Origin: Octopus vulgaris
Lineage: Eukaryota
Length of the DNA: 64,000 nt
NCBI GenBank assembly: GCA_951406725.2
Contig: OX597828.1
Location: 61,132,001 to 61,196,000 of the forward strand
Direction: 5' to 3'
Position numbers and translations under genes: made by a program
Shown here: positions 39,268 through 52,915 of the stretch, one piece after another
Numbering within the stretch: position 1 is the first letter of the stretch
Layout: each line of letters opens with the position of its first letter
The notes under the pieces: model-generated
Database searches by the model: none
Told to the model about the DNA's origin: nothing
What the model saw: only the letters and a program-made list of their open reading frames with translations

Positions 39268-39784
39268 TCTATATATATAAAACTGTAGTTGTGTGAGTGT
39301 CTGTCTCCTACGATTTAGATTCCTAACTCCTCCCACATTTTGCGGTGCAGTTTAACCAAATTCGGGTATCTTATAGTCGTGATTAATATCAAGCCCGTCT
39401 GGCTATTAGCGCGCGTCTACGATGAGTCTACGATTTTAAAAATAATTTAACATCATTTTTTATTCCATTTTAATGCATAATTTTTCGTGTGTAGATGGCG
39501 GCGGAGTTGGCGTCCACGCTCAAACATCTGCACCTGTGTTTGCTTCTCCCCCTTCTTCCCTCCCTCGTGAAGCTGTGGGGAAGGGAGTGTAAGGAAATCA
39601 ACGTCGTAATGCGTTGTCAAGGAGACCAGCGTTCTTTTAGAACAACGACTTCATGGCTTGAAGACACCAAAACAGAAATGGCTAAGAAAGCCCGAATTGG
39701 CATCTATAAAGGAAGTAACTCTCTAAAAATGCTTATATAGTTATTTCCCTTACAAACCCGAGCAACGCCGGGCGCTACTGCTAG
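39268..39784 (+). mobile_element. Non-autonomous Helitron, copy 3 (tandem)
   Basis: Exact CTAG|TC junction with copy 2; same termini. Confidence 0.9.
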
Positions 39785-40077
39785 TATATAGATATTGCTT
39801 ATATGAATTTTAATCCTAGCGTTTAGCTCTTGACAGTCATAAATAGACAAGAGGGATTTAACATGAAGAAATAAAGACGTAAGCGAAATAATGTTTTTGT
39901 TAGAGTTACCTCCCTTACATCAAAACAACTAGTTCTGCTTAATTCAAAATTTTCAATCTCTGTCTCTCTTCTGCTCTCCGCCTCTTTCTCTCTCACGTGC
40001 GCCTTCACACACTCTTTCTCTCACGTTCTCTCTCTTTCTCTCTCTCTTTCTCACGCTCCCTCTACCTTTTACTCTCT

Positions 40078-41820
40078 AGACTACAAGAAAGCCTTTGACT
40101 CTGTTCCCCACTCATGGATTTTAGAAGCCCTTGAACTTGCTAAAGTTCCAGTGAACATAGTCAAAGCCATAGCTGACTTGACTTCATCATGGGCCACCAT
40201 CTTGAAATTAAACACACAAAGTGACTGTGTTATCATTGAGAGAATACAGTATTGCAGAGGCATATTCTAAGGGGACAGTTTCTCTGTGATGTTGTTTATA
40301 CTTTCCGTAAACCCCTTGTCATTAATGTTAAGGAAGTCTGAAGGATATCTCACTGGTTCACAAGGAAACAGAAATACCATAATTACACACTGTTTCTTTG
40401 TGGATGACTTGTAACTTTATGCAAAGAATATGCACGAGATGAAAACGAGCCTTGACCTAGTTACGACACTCTCAAAGGATGTAGGGTTGGAGTTTTGTTA
40501 GGATAAATGTTGTTATATGGTAGTGAAAAGGGGGCAAACTATAAACCAGACTAGTAACATCTCCATTAATGATTTGGTTGTTTCCCCTGTATCTGACGAG
40601 GAATGTTACAGGTATCTAGGGGTGGATGAAAATATATCTTACAGTGGCACGTGTAACAAAACACGTGTCACTAAAGAATATTACAGCCGAATAAAGAAAA
40701 TTCAGACCTCAGAACACTCTGCATTCAATAAAATAGTGGCCCACAATGTGTTTGCAGTGCCAGTACTCATACCAACATTTGGACTACTTGATTGGGCGCT
40801 TGATGAGATCCGAGCCATTTTCCACATAATTTCCACATAAACAGTGATGTAGACCGCCTCAACCTAAAACGGAAACAAGGCGGCAGATGCTTAACATCGA
40901 TCCAAAATGCCTTTGAATGTCACATCATATCCCTTCGGCAGCATGTTTTAACCACCAAGTGTCGAAGTGCATCCCTTGACCAAATTTGCATACATGAGGC
41001 TGATAACATCATAAGACTTGGAAGGCTGCTCCTTAAGCAACACTCGTTGTCTGATAACCTGGAATACATGCCCAAAGAAGTCGCACGACTCTACCGCAAC
41101 GTATCATCAGATGAAAGGATGAGTCAATATGAGCAGAAGACTATGCACAGATATGTTAGTAGAAAGCTCTGAGATGATAGTAACATTGAACATCAAAGCA
41201 GTCTCTCATGGACCAATAACCGGATTCCTACCTCCTACTTTCAAGGGTATGTGTTTACAGTCCAGGAACAGGAAATATCAGTTGTCCGAAAATGTCATTC
41301 ACGGTATTATCTACCGATAAGACATGACGTTGTAGCTAGGACACTCTATAATGAAATCCGTCGGAAGGATAATCTCGAGAACAGAGAAATATGAACACAC
41401 AATATGGTAGAAGCTATAGCCACTCATAATATAAAGGAATACTGGTGGAATGTACCATTGAAGACCTCAATAAAAAGGAAGCACAACAGACCTGTATCAA
41501 TGATTTGGGATGGAGAAGAGAAACTGTGCACAGTTGTTGAAATTAGCTGCCCAGCGGATGTTAACATAAAGCTGCAGATCAATGAAAAAGAGAACACTTA
41601 TGCTGAACTATTGAGAAATCTGCAATTACTCTACCCGGATTATAAGTTCAGGGTAATATCTGTAATTATTGGAGCCCTGGGATATGTAACATACTGCCTA
41701 CCAATCATGAAGAATTAGGCTTCTCAAAACCAGAAAGGAAAAAGCTAATTCGAAGACTACAGATCCAATCCATCACTGGAACTGTAAAAATCTGTAAAAC
41801 TTTCCAGACGTTTATCATTT
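40078..41820 (+). mobile_element. R4/Dong-clade LINE fragment (RT to RLE)
   Basis: DYKKAFDSVPHSW, GDSFS, FVDDL, YRYLG, RHDVVA, HNRP..VVEISCP and VIIGALG. Confidence 0.88.
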
Positions 41821-41957
41821 AAATATATATAAGACTGTCTAGATATGCAGCTACATGCGTAAAACATAGAAATCTGCACATACATACATACCAACTCAAC
41901 CACACATTTACAAACATGAAAAACATACTTGTATACATATTATGCATATGTATATGC

Positions 41958-42017
<60 letters not shown>

Positions 42018-42166
42018 AAAATATATGAAACGCCACAGAGACGACACAAGAACCACAGACGGGACATATATATATATATATATATGAGACAAAGAAGTAA
42101 ATGGAGAAATTGACATGAAGACATCAGTTTACTTAGAGATATTCAAATGCATATAATGAAATTCCA

Positions 42167-42275
42167 TTCCTACAACCATTTCCATATCCAATTAGTTCAA
42201 TTACTGAAATTAAATTAAATTAAATTAATTTAAATTTTCTTATTGAAACTGGTTAATTGGTACTTCATCAGGAGA
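42167..42275 (-). ncRNA. Degenerate hammerhead ribozyme between (TA)n tracts
   Basis: ucuc-CUGAUGA-aguaccaauua..uaauuggauaug-GAAA-ugguu-GUA-gga. Confidence 0.5.
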
Positions 42276-42385
42276 GAATTTTCCAAATGAGAGTTACATT
42301 TCAGCGTGTTGGTTGACCTACGACAGACTAAGATATGTGCGTTGTTTTAATATATATATATACATATATATATTTATATATATTT

Positions 42386-43293
42386 GTTTTTTGTATCGTC
42401 TTCTAAATGTTTTACGTTCTTGTCCCAGTTTGTATTTTTCTACATAAAATAATATCTATAGCGGCGTCCGTACCCTCGTTGGCCTTATATGTAAGTACAT
42501 ATTCCTATAAAATTTGGTACGACTCTACACACTGTCTCTCTCTCCTACATTTCTCTGCCTTTCACACTTTGCACTCTACTTTGATCTGTCCCCTTCTCTC
42601 TCTCTCTCTACTTCTCTTTTTCTCTTTTCTTGCTTCTTATTCTTTGGTCTACTCTTCCCCCCACTCTCTCACATTTCTCTGTTTTTCTCACCTTGCACTC
42701 ACTAGCCCTCCTTGGCACGCACTCTTTCTTCTCCCCTCTTTAATTCCTTCTTTCTCTCTCTTCTCCCCCCTTTGTTGCCTTCGTCCCTCTTTCTCTCTCT
42801 CTTTGTTTCCGTTAACCCCTTTCTTTTCTCTTTCTTCTGTCACGTGACCGCTGGTCAAAATCAGCCTTTTGGCCTTCGACCAGCGCCGTGAGAACATCTG
42901 TTGTCTTCGTCTGCCGATAAAGGCATTTTTTCAAAATACGCCAGCTAAACTTGTTGTACTGTTTATTAGTCGTAAGACACCCGCTGTTTTTGTCCTGTTT
43001 TTACCATTATTGTTTTTTTGTATTTTATATTCGTGTGGCATCGTCCGTTTTTCTGTCCCTGTTTCGTATACATTCGATCCTTCTTCCAAGAAATCTAATG
43101 CTCGTAGATTAGTTTTTTTCTTGGGGCTGGCTGGATCGGAGCGATCTCAAGATTAATCAGCCGAAATTGCTAGGATGATCCGGTTCTTGACTGAAGATTG
43201 AAGGCTTCGAATGTCCCGTCTGTGTTTTTTGTATCGTCTTCTAAATGTTTTACGTTCTTGTCCCAGTTTGTATTTTTCTACATAAAATAATAT
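42386..43293 (+). mobile_element. Non-coding element with ~70-bp terminal direct repeats, flanked by (TA)n
   Basis: ttttttgtatcgtcttctaaatgttttacgttcttgtcccagtttgtatttttctacataaaataatat at ~42387-42455 and ~43225-43293. Confidence 0.75.
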
Positions 43294-43854
43294 ATATATA
43301 TGTATATATACCTATAACCAAATTCGTTTGATATATTTGTGTACGTGCATATGTAATACATGTTTTTATTGGCGGTGGTGTGGTAGTTCGGGCAAAATTG
43401 ATGTTATAAGGAGAGAAAGAGATTAAAGTGAGTGAAAGATAAAAATGGGTAGAGGGAGAGAGGGGGGGGGCAGTAGCGCATGCGTTTGTTAAGATACTGA
43501 AGACATCAAAAAATATGAGGTATCAAAACTGCTAGTAAATTACCATATAATGGTGTTGCGCCATCAATATTTGTGCGTGAATCTACGGTCAATGTAAACT
43601 TAGTAAACAAAAGCAAAACTTAGACATTACCAGATACTATTTAAAGATAATTTATATTAGAATTAAGTACACTAAAGGTGAAATTACTATGAAGGTAATG
43701 CTTTATCTCAAATTTAGCTTTATAAATTATTACAAGAATTTCAAAGACATATTTATGAGAAACGTGCTAAATTGAATTTATTGTAAAATACTAATTGCCA
43801 CATATAGAAGACATAACGTCCTTCTACACCATTTAATTAAAATTTTATATTATA

Positions 43855-44050
43855 GGTCCAGGCGTGACTGTGTAATAAGACTTGCTTCCCAACCACAAAG
43901 CTCCGGGTTTAGTCCTACTGCATGGCACTATTGTCAAGAATCTGCTACTATATCCTCGCACAATTGTCAAGAATCTGCTACTATATCCTCGGGCCGACCA
44001 AAGACTTGTGAGTGGATTTGGTAGGCGGAAACTGAAAGAACCCTCCGTGT
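43855..44050 (+). mobile_element. tRNA/CORE SINE 5' half with internal ~30-bp duplication
   Basis: Family match; ttgtcaagaatctgctactatatcctcg occurs twice. Confidence 0.8.
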
Positions 44051-44199
44051 ATATATGTATATATATAATCTTCGCTTGTTTATTACTGTTTTTATTTTAT
44101 TATTCATGTCCACTGTCCGGAAATTTTTCGTCACACATCAGTGATCCCTTCAGTGACACTTAAGCGACACACACGAAAACGAAGAGAATTTAATATGAG

Positions 44200-45552
44200 A
44201 GATGAACTTATAGAGTTTTGAACATAAATGCTCAGTACTTAATATGCAAAGAGGGGAGAAAGCAGCCTGCAGAGGGTTGCGGTTAGCACCAGGAGAGACA
44301 ATGGGGGAACCCGATGGAGTGCGTATAGATATTTAGGGATTTTGGAGCTGGATGACATTCTACACAAAGAAATGAAAGTCAAGGTCAGCGAGATGTAGCA
44401 AAAAAGGTGAAGATGGTGTTGAAATCCAACCTGAATGCCAAAAAATTCGATTACTGCAATGAATATCTGGACAGTTGCCGTGGTCAGATATAGTTTGTCC
44501 ATTCTCAAATGGACTAAGGAGGAAATATCAACACCGAATAGAAGGACGAGAAAGTTGATGACGCTGCGTGGTGCGCAATACCCTAAAGCAAACATAAAAA
44601 GACTGTATATGAAAAGAAAGAATGGTGGCAGAGGACTAATTAGTATAAACTATTATAAGAAATAAAAGGCGAACACTTGCCGAGTATTTGATGAATAGTG
44701 ATGAAGACTTGCTGCAATATACCACGAAAGACATGGATGTAAATGCAGATGAAATGATTGGCAATGAAAAATTTAACCAAAGAGCTGAGGAGAAAAGAAA
44801 AGAAGACCTTGAAATGAGAATGCATGGACAATTTGAAAGAAATACACAGGTCGTTAAGGACAATACAGCATCGTGGGCATAGCTTGAGTGAAGTGATTTG
44901 AAGCGCACCACCGAAAACCTGATTATTGCTGCACAAGACCAGGCACTCGCTACCCATGCAGTGAAGTATAACATCTACAAAACCTCTGACACTCAGAAAT
45001 GCATACTCTGTGGAAAGAGTGTGGAAAATGTGACACAGTTGGTAATTGGATGTGAGAGCCTTGCACAAAAGTGCCGCCACGATAAAGTGTGTGTTATTTT
45101 CATTGGATCTTATACCGTAAATACCAATATGAAGTAACAGAAAACTGGTATGAGCATGTACGAAGAAAAGTTATGCAGGAGGATGGAAAAGTAACGATAC
45201 TCTGGGACTATGATTTTCAGACGGATCGTGTAATCGAACACCGTCGGCCGGATATTGTCATATTGAATAAGAGAGACAAATACTGTCAGATCATTGATGT
45301 AGCCATACCAAATGACATGAATGTTGTGAGTAAAGAGGTTGAAAATATCACCAAGTACTCCAAATTGAAAGTGGAAATGGCAAGACTGTATGGAATGCGA
45401 GAGGGTAATGTAAAAGTGATACCAGTGGTGATCGGAACGTTAGGCTCAATCCCATTGAAACTTCAACATTTCTTAAGGCAAGTGGAAATCCCATGCAAAA
45501 AGCAGCCTTATTGGGCACAGCGTACATCATAAGAAAAGTATTATCTGTCTGA
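44200..45552 (+). mobile_element. R4/Dong-clade LINE 3' fragment ending in (AAT)n
   Basis: YRYLGILE, RLYMKRKNGGRGL, IIAAQDQAL, CILCGK, HRRPDIVI, IIDVAIP and IPVVIGTLG. Confidence 0.9.
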
Positions 45553-45616
45553 TGTCCTTGTGAATTGACAGATAAATAGAGACTCCGGTGCATTTTTACC
45601 TACACTGTGTTACGAA

Positions 45617-45651
45617 TGAATAATAATAATGATAATAATAATAATAATAGC

Positions 45652-45733
<82 letters not shown>

Positions 45734-45735
45734 GC

Positions 45736-45786
<51 letters not shown>

Positions 45787-45826
45787 AATAATAATAATAA
45801 TAATAATGATAATAATAATAATAATA
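45617..45826. repeat. (AAT)n(AAC)n(AAT)n microsatellite
   Basis: Direct inspection. Confidence 0.97.
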
Positions 45827-46384
45827 GTAAGCCCTGATGCAGTACCAGGCAGTGTCTCTCATGGCTTCTGATCTTAACTGATTGGAAGTGTTATCATATA
45901 CATTGTTTTGTCATGGTATAAAAGATGGGCTACAGCAAATATTCTGCTCAATACCACAGATTTGCTTGTCAGTTGCTTGACCATAACCAGTTGAGCATGT
46001 CCCTTAGTGGTTGACGATATGTGCATCTCTGATCACGAGCAGAAGTAGTGGGGGAGCATCATGGTCGTGTGTTGAAAGGAATTCTTGGAGGTTTGGATAA
46101 TTCACCTCTGGAAACATGGTAGTTTCGTTCAACATCCTTAAACAACCATTATTCAGGGACCTTTTGAGCGGGATGGGTTACTCGACCAGAAGAAAATTCT
46201 AACTGGGCCCCCTCTGCAAGGTCATGTGCTGTTTATCTTGATATGAAATCACCATGTCGCGCACATATGGTTTTGATGCATGTGCCTAGTGTACCCTTAT
46301 AAGACGGGTAGTCATGATGGGTATACTGGGCTTCATATATTTTACCCCAGTGTCACCTTGATGGCATGCACTGCTCTCTCACTC
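45827..46384. mobile_element. ~560-bp non-coding insert bounded by (AAT)n on both sides
   Basis: Sharp boundaries inside an AAT tract; no ORF. Confidence 0.6.
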
Positions 46385-46418
<34 letters not shown>

Positions 46419-46526
46419 TATACATATATACATACATACATATATATATACATACATATATATATATATATATATACACATATATATATATATATATATA
46501 TACATATATATATACATATACATATA

Positions 46527-46562
<36 letters not shown>

Positions 46563-46629
46563 TGTATGCATGTATGTATTATGAAGAGATAGATTAGATA
46601 GACAGATAAATAGATCGATATATGCATTC

Positions 46630-46945
46630 ATGCGCTTCAACCGTTTGTCGGATCTGCCAAGATCTCAAACGACTGGGCGTCGTATTTGTGCTTCCTTTGA
46701 GGGTCCAAATTCATTTTATTTTGGAAAAATAAGTTTTAAAATGAACATGATGATCGCTCTGCTCAGTGACTCAAAGGAGGAAGCCAGAGGTAGTGCTGGC
46801 ACAATTGCAATACACCTCATTTCAACCCCAAAATGAAAGGAGAGGTGAACACTAACCATGTCGACCATGTTGTAGTATCCACATCCAGTGGACCATGCTA
46901 TCAGGATCCACATCCAGTGGACTATGCTATTAGTATGACGGTTAG

Positions 46946-46977
<32 letters not shown>

Positions 46978-47359
46978 ACAACAACAACAACACAGCGGTG
47001 GAATTTAATTCGAACGATGGAATTGACTTCCCCCAATGAAAGCGACAATATTAGTTATCAAAAAAACAGCGATAACAACACGACCACGAACACCATCATC
47101 ATCATTGTAACAACAAAAAATATGACAGAAGGAAAGAACAAAAACAACAGTACCCATTGCAACACAAATGAAATCAATAATTTCAACTTGAATAACAATA
47201 TCATCAACAACAAGAATACATTCGCGGCTATTGTATATGGATGTCCTACAAAAAAACATGTCTGGCTCAAGCGACTAAACTGATCTAACTCGAAAAGTCA
47301 CGGGCTGACATAGCCATTTGCCTGCCCCGAAGTGTTGGCAGAAACACACACACACACAC

Positions 47360-47444
<85 letters not shown>

Positions 47445-48720
47445 TATATATAAATGTGTTTCCGTAAACACAAAACGACCGGAGTAAGCGAGTCAGACAG
47501 ACGCGGAAGGAGCACTAAAAGGAGTAATGCCCGATATATCTCGAGAGGCAAGTAATTTCCAAGCATTTCAGTGCTCTCCAAGAATGAAGCCTTGGCCGTC
47601 AAACTCTCCGTCGTTTCCTGTCGGAGCGATAAGTATGTTCTCCATCCATCATATTTAAAAAAAAGAAGGTCAGTGGGAGATATCAAGGATTCCACCTGAA
47701 GCGAATTGCATTCATTGTCATGGAAGTAACAGTCTCGTCAAAAAATAGTCGGAGATTAGTGTGGGAATGCTACTCCACATCAAACCAGGCACTATCCACA
47801 AGGTCCCAAATCTCATTCATCTTCTGGGGGTGGTGGAGGAACTGCATAATACAGTTGAGGGCAGAAGGCTACCATGCCACCTACGTGGGGAGACTGACTA
47901 CTTGAGAGCTTTTGTCTTCAACAGAAGACGGAGCCACTTCTTCATAACGTTGAAGTAAAAGTAATTTTTGCTATAAATCAATACATAAAGAGTTATTAGT
48001 AATTAAAGTTTGAAAATTTTGGTAATTTTAGTCAATTGCAAGCCACGAACACATTCATGCTTTTCTCTTTTGAATTAACATAAGCATTTATTAACATGCA
48101 AGAAAATTACCGGAGAACTTTCACGCTAAAAATAACAGCTAAATAAGATTTATTGACATGAAAGAAAATTACAGCAGACATTGTTTACAAATAGTGACAT
48201 ATGCAAGACGGAGAAGTTGCTGTCTGCCAGTAGAGAGGGAAAGAGCAAGGAATGCACGGTGCTGACAAGAAAGAAAGAAAAGATAAAGGTGGGTCTGCTC
48301 TGATTGGCTGTAAACAAATGAGTTCATTACTGGAGGGTCTGGAACTCACGTGGGAAAAAATTTCACCTCCAGGTCGGGCTAGAATGGGAGGTGGAGTTGC
48401 AGTATGGCTTAGGAAAGGCCTGGTACGGAAGATCTTCCTGGGCCCGGATGGTAAGTTAGTGATCCTGGATGTGAGCAGTAGCAAAGATACTGCTTTTATA
48501 TTAGTCGCTGTGTACGCCCCGACTGGGGTGGGTCAGCAGACGTTTGAAGGTTTTCTATCGGATGTCTTGCTTTTTAGTGCTAGTGACCGATTGGAATGCC
48601 ATATCAGACTCACACCTGGATAGGATGCGGCTAACCAATAGAGGGTGTAAGTGTAAAAGCCTCACAAACCTGCTCATTGCTTCCAACTGGCTGATGGATT
48701 TCCCGAATGCGCCAGTATGA
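46630..48720 (+). mobile_element. Decayed L1/Tx1-type LINE (ORF1 remnant plus APE fragment)
   Basis: GGGVAVWL..PDGKLVILDV..FILVAVYAPTG (APE, 48340-48560); upstream IQLTVEGRRLPCHL resembles an ORF1 knuckle. Confidence 0.65.
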
Positions 48721-49929
48721 ACAGGGGCAACAGCATTCCCATCAACGCTTCAAGAAAACTTAACCGAAAAGTATTACCTCGTGTTATGCAAAACATTCTA
48801 TCTTCTTTCTGTCATATCGACAAAAGTAAAAACACTGAGTTGATTAGCTACGCATGGGATTTGAAGAACAACTCCACACCATATATAATCAAGTAGAAAA
48901 TCGCAGACACATCCATGACATATTTTCATGGACCTAAGAAATGAGTAGGTGAAAGATCGCATTGTCTTTTTCAATCGAAGAAATCCACCACACCTGTCAA
49001 TTGCATATCTGAAATTTTCAGCAAGTACAAACATATGGACAAATTTATTTTGTTGAATTGCAGGACACCACCCTCTCCGGATTGAGCTGTTGTCTTGCAG
49101 ATTCTGGGCTCCTTTCCGTTGAATCATTCTACAACAACTAGCTTTATGGTCAAAGGAAACATAACTAATTTTCTTTTTTCTTTTTTTTTCCCCGTTTTCA
49201 CCCTTCCACTTTTGCATCTACCATTCACGTTCGATGTAAAAAAGGGGCATGGCTCTAGTGTAAATATCACGTGTATGTTTATTATCGACCCGGGCATTTA
49301 ACCCAATAAACATCACCTTTGATCAGATAATTTCTATTAAGAGGACAGGACAATGCAGATAGCAAGTATGGACTTATATCTTGAGGAAATTCTTCAGTAA
49401 TTAAGGACTTAGAAACTTTCGAACTAATAAGAAAAATAAAATTGCACAAAGTGAACAACAATTTCCAAAGTTCTCTGAAAGGAACTGTTAACTTTGTATG
49501 AAAGCTACTTTGAGGATCCTCCCTACCCCCCACCCCCACCCAAAATTTAGGTTTATAAACTTGATTAAAAACAAAATAATTTTAACTATTGAAAATATTT
49601 TAGATTCTATTTTGCAAATGTTTCCTTACTCAATTTAATACCGTGAACACTTACTCGTCAATAGAAAGATATTTTCTACTAAAAGGTTCAAAGACTTGAA
49701 CAATGACTTCATCTTGCACGTCAGGGATTCGTGCCTGCTTTTAAATGTTATACATGTGTCAAGAAAAACGATGTTACTTTCTTCGATGTGCTTGTGTGTG
49801 CGTATGGTGAAGTAGAATAATAAATGCATAGAGGAACATATATTCTTCATCGTTTAGATATAGAAGTTTCATATTTGTATGCAGATGTATACAGGAATAA
49901 TAACCTTATTATTATATACAACATGAATA

Positions 49930-50430
49930 GACATGAACTCGATAGGCTTAGGAAGGACTTTATTGCTGTCTTCTAGTTCATGGGTCTGAAGACACGAATC
50001 TTAGTACTGTTATCAGTACTAAGATATCATCTTAAATCTGCAATCCAACAGTTTTAGGCCTTATCGTAAGCCTAATGAAATGTTATTCTTCATTAATAAG
50101 TGTTGTAGTTATCCGCCCTGTATACGTACGAATTTAGTTTGTAACATAAATAAGCCAATCGTTTTGACATTAGATGAAGCGACTTTTAACGATGTCTCTT
50201 CATGCTACAATGATGCACAAAGTAATAGCAGATTCTCCAAGCAGATCTGCTATTTTGCGAGACCTCACAGAACTAAAACTAGAAAGATTTTGTGGTTTAA
50301 ACCTACATTTTGTGTGAATGTCAGGAACAATGGCGAAAGAATTTATATCTAAGTATTTTACCAGGGACCGTTAAATATTATAGAATTTTTAACGGAATCT
50401 CGAAGCTTAGCAATTATTGCTGCAAAGACT
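49930..50430 (+). mobile_element. Penelope-like RT-thumb/linker fragment
   Basis: LNLQSNSFRPYRKPNEMLFFINKCCSYPP..YNDA..RKILWFKPTF. Confidence 0.75.
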
Positions 50431-51057
50431 TTACCTTGTAAGTAGTGGTGACAAATCTAATGCACATAATGACGACCCTAAGTGCAATCCAAAGACCTCA
50501 GTAACTCCCTTCTTAATGTTAATTTTCTGATCAAAGAAGTTAACAGGGTCGAAGAAATTAACTCTGGCGTCAGAGAAAACAGTTTCAAAACGCGATCGGT
50601 CTTTACCTCTTTCATACATTTAACACTACTTTTCCCATCATTTGAACGCTTTCTAATCGCTTCCATCCCTCCCTTATACTGATGATTATCCGTATTAGAT
50701 ACTTGCTTAGTTTTCTCTCATTTAATTTTCCTTTTTTATTATCCTAGTCTTTTTCTTTGTTTCAACCTCCTCTTCTCCCCTTTCTTCTTATCACTCACCC
50801 GTTTCTTGGTTTGTATGTGTTTCTCATCTATTTTATGCATATCTTTTCGACTTCACCTCCTTTATTTTATTATTTATTTATTTTATTATATTTTTGCATT
50901 TAATTTTACTTGTTTTTATGAAATGCATTCGCTCAAGTATAAATCTTAAATTTTAATTTTTATCAATCACATGTGTATGTGTTTGTGTGTGTGTGTGTGT
51001 ATGCGTATGCATGTGTGCGTATGTGTGTGTATGTGTGTGTGTGTGCGTGTGTATGTG

Positions 51058-51599
<542 letters not shown>

Positions 51600-51604
<5 letters not shown>

Positions 51605-52098
51605 GTCTGTGTGTCTGTGTGTCTGTCAGGTTGTACCCTCACCCTGACCACGGCTTTCAACCGATTCTGATGAAACTTGACACACACATAGCCCAATGTC
51701 ATAATTCAAAACTAACGCAGCGAAAATTTTGAAAAGTTCCCCCAGTTCTGAAAAAAATTAATAAATTCGACATGGGGTCGAGAATCTAAGCTTTTTATTT
51801 GCAACACATTTTCTGTTGTAGTTTTCGCAACTTGCAATCGATTTTGACCAAACTCATGGTGAAGCTTAATGTTACCCTAAGAAACTTAATTCTGTCGTTA
51901 GTTTTCCATGCAATACCTTACCATCAGAAAAAATCGATAAAATCATGCCATTTTGGGAAATCGCGTTCAAATTCAAGATGACATATTTTCGACAATATCT
52001 TTCACAAATTGGCAGGAATTTTTTAAAAATTCACAGCGAGCATCATGTCTGCTCCAGGGGCTCTTACATACCCGGGCAATGCCGGGCTATGCTGCTAG
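51600..52098 (+). mobile_element. Non-autonomous Helitron
   Basis: (TCTG)-rich 5' part; 3' hairpin cccgggcaatgccggg then CTAG. Confidence 0.8.
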
Positions 52099-52333
52099 TA
52101 TATATATGTGTGTGTGTGTATGTGTGTGTGTATATATACACATATTTGCAACATTACACCACCACTGCATCTCAGCTGTAGCACGCCACTACTAACGTTA
52201 TGCATATCACAGCGCTACTAATACTGTGAACTTATAGATATCTCCTACTCTGCACCTCTGTCAACATTGTCAAAATCACTTCCACTGCCATTACCACTAC
52301 CAAAAACCACTACCCCTCACCCCCGCCTTCACC

Positions 52334-52365
<32 letters not shown>

Positions 52366-52837
52366 CAACACAACAACAACAACACAACAACAACAACAAC
52401 AATTATAGCAACAGATGCTTCACCCTTCCATCTCTACCACTGCAGCTATAACCACCTCCGACTGAGGTTCCAACTCGATGATCACCCTCGCCCTCTAGCT
52501 TCGACGTCATCACTGCACCACAGATGGCACTATCATATCGTGCAAATGTCGTAATGTCAAATCGGTTTCATTCTTTAGGGTTAAAAAAAATCGCTCCTCT
52601 TATTTGATGTCTCAAAAGGAATTAGAGCTGAATGACAATGTGATTTAGACATCTAAATATTACAAACGTTGAAGAAGACATTGCCAAACACGAGAGAGAG
52701 AGAGAGAGAGGGGGGGGGAGAAAAAATCCTGCTTAGAAAATCAAATTGCGTGCCAAGTGCTGCAAAAGCATTCTCTTGGGATGACTGTTTGAATAACTTC
52801 GTAACTGACATCGTGAGTGAAAGAGAGAGTGAGAGGG

Positions 52838-52915
<78 letters not shown>

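Noticed and set aside
43185-43220. CUGAAGA..GAAUGUC hammerhead-like string
   Set aside because: No GAAA and no convincing stem I.
50672-50710. CUGAUGA downstream of a Penelope fragment
   Set aside because: No downstream GAAA or stems found.
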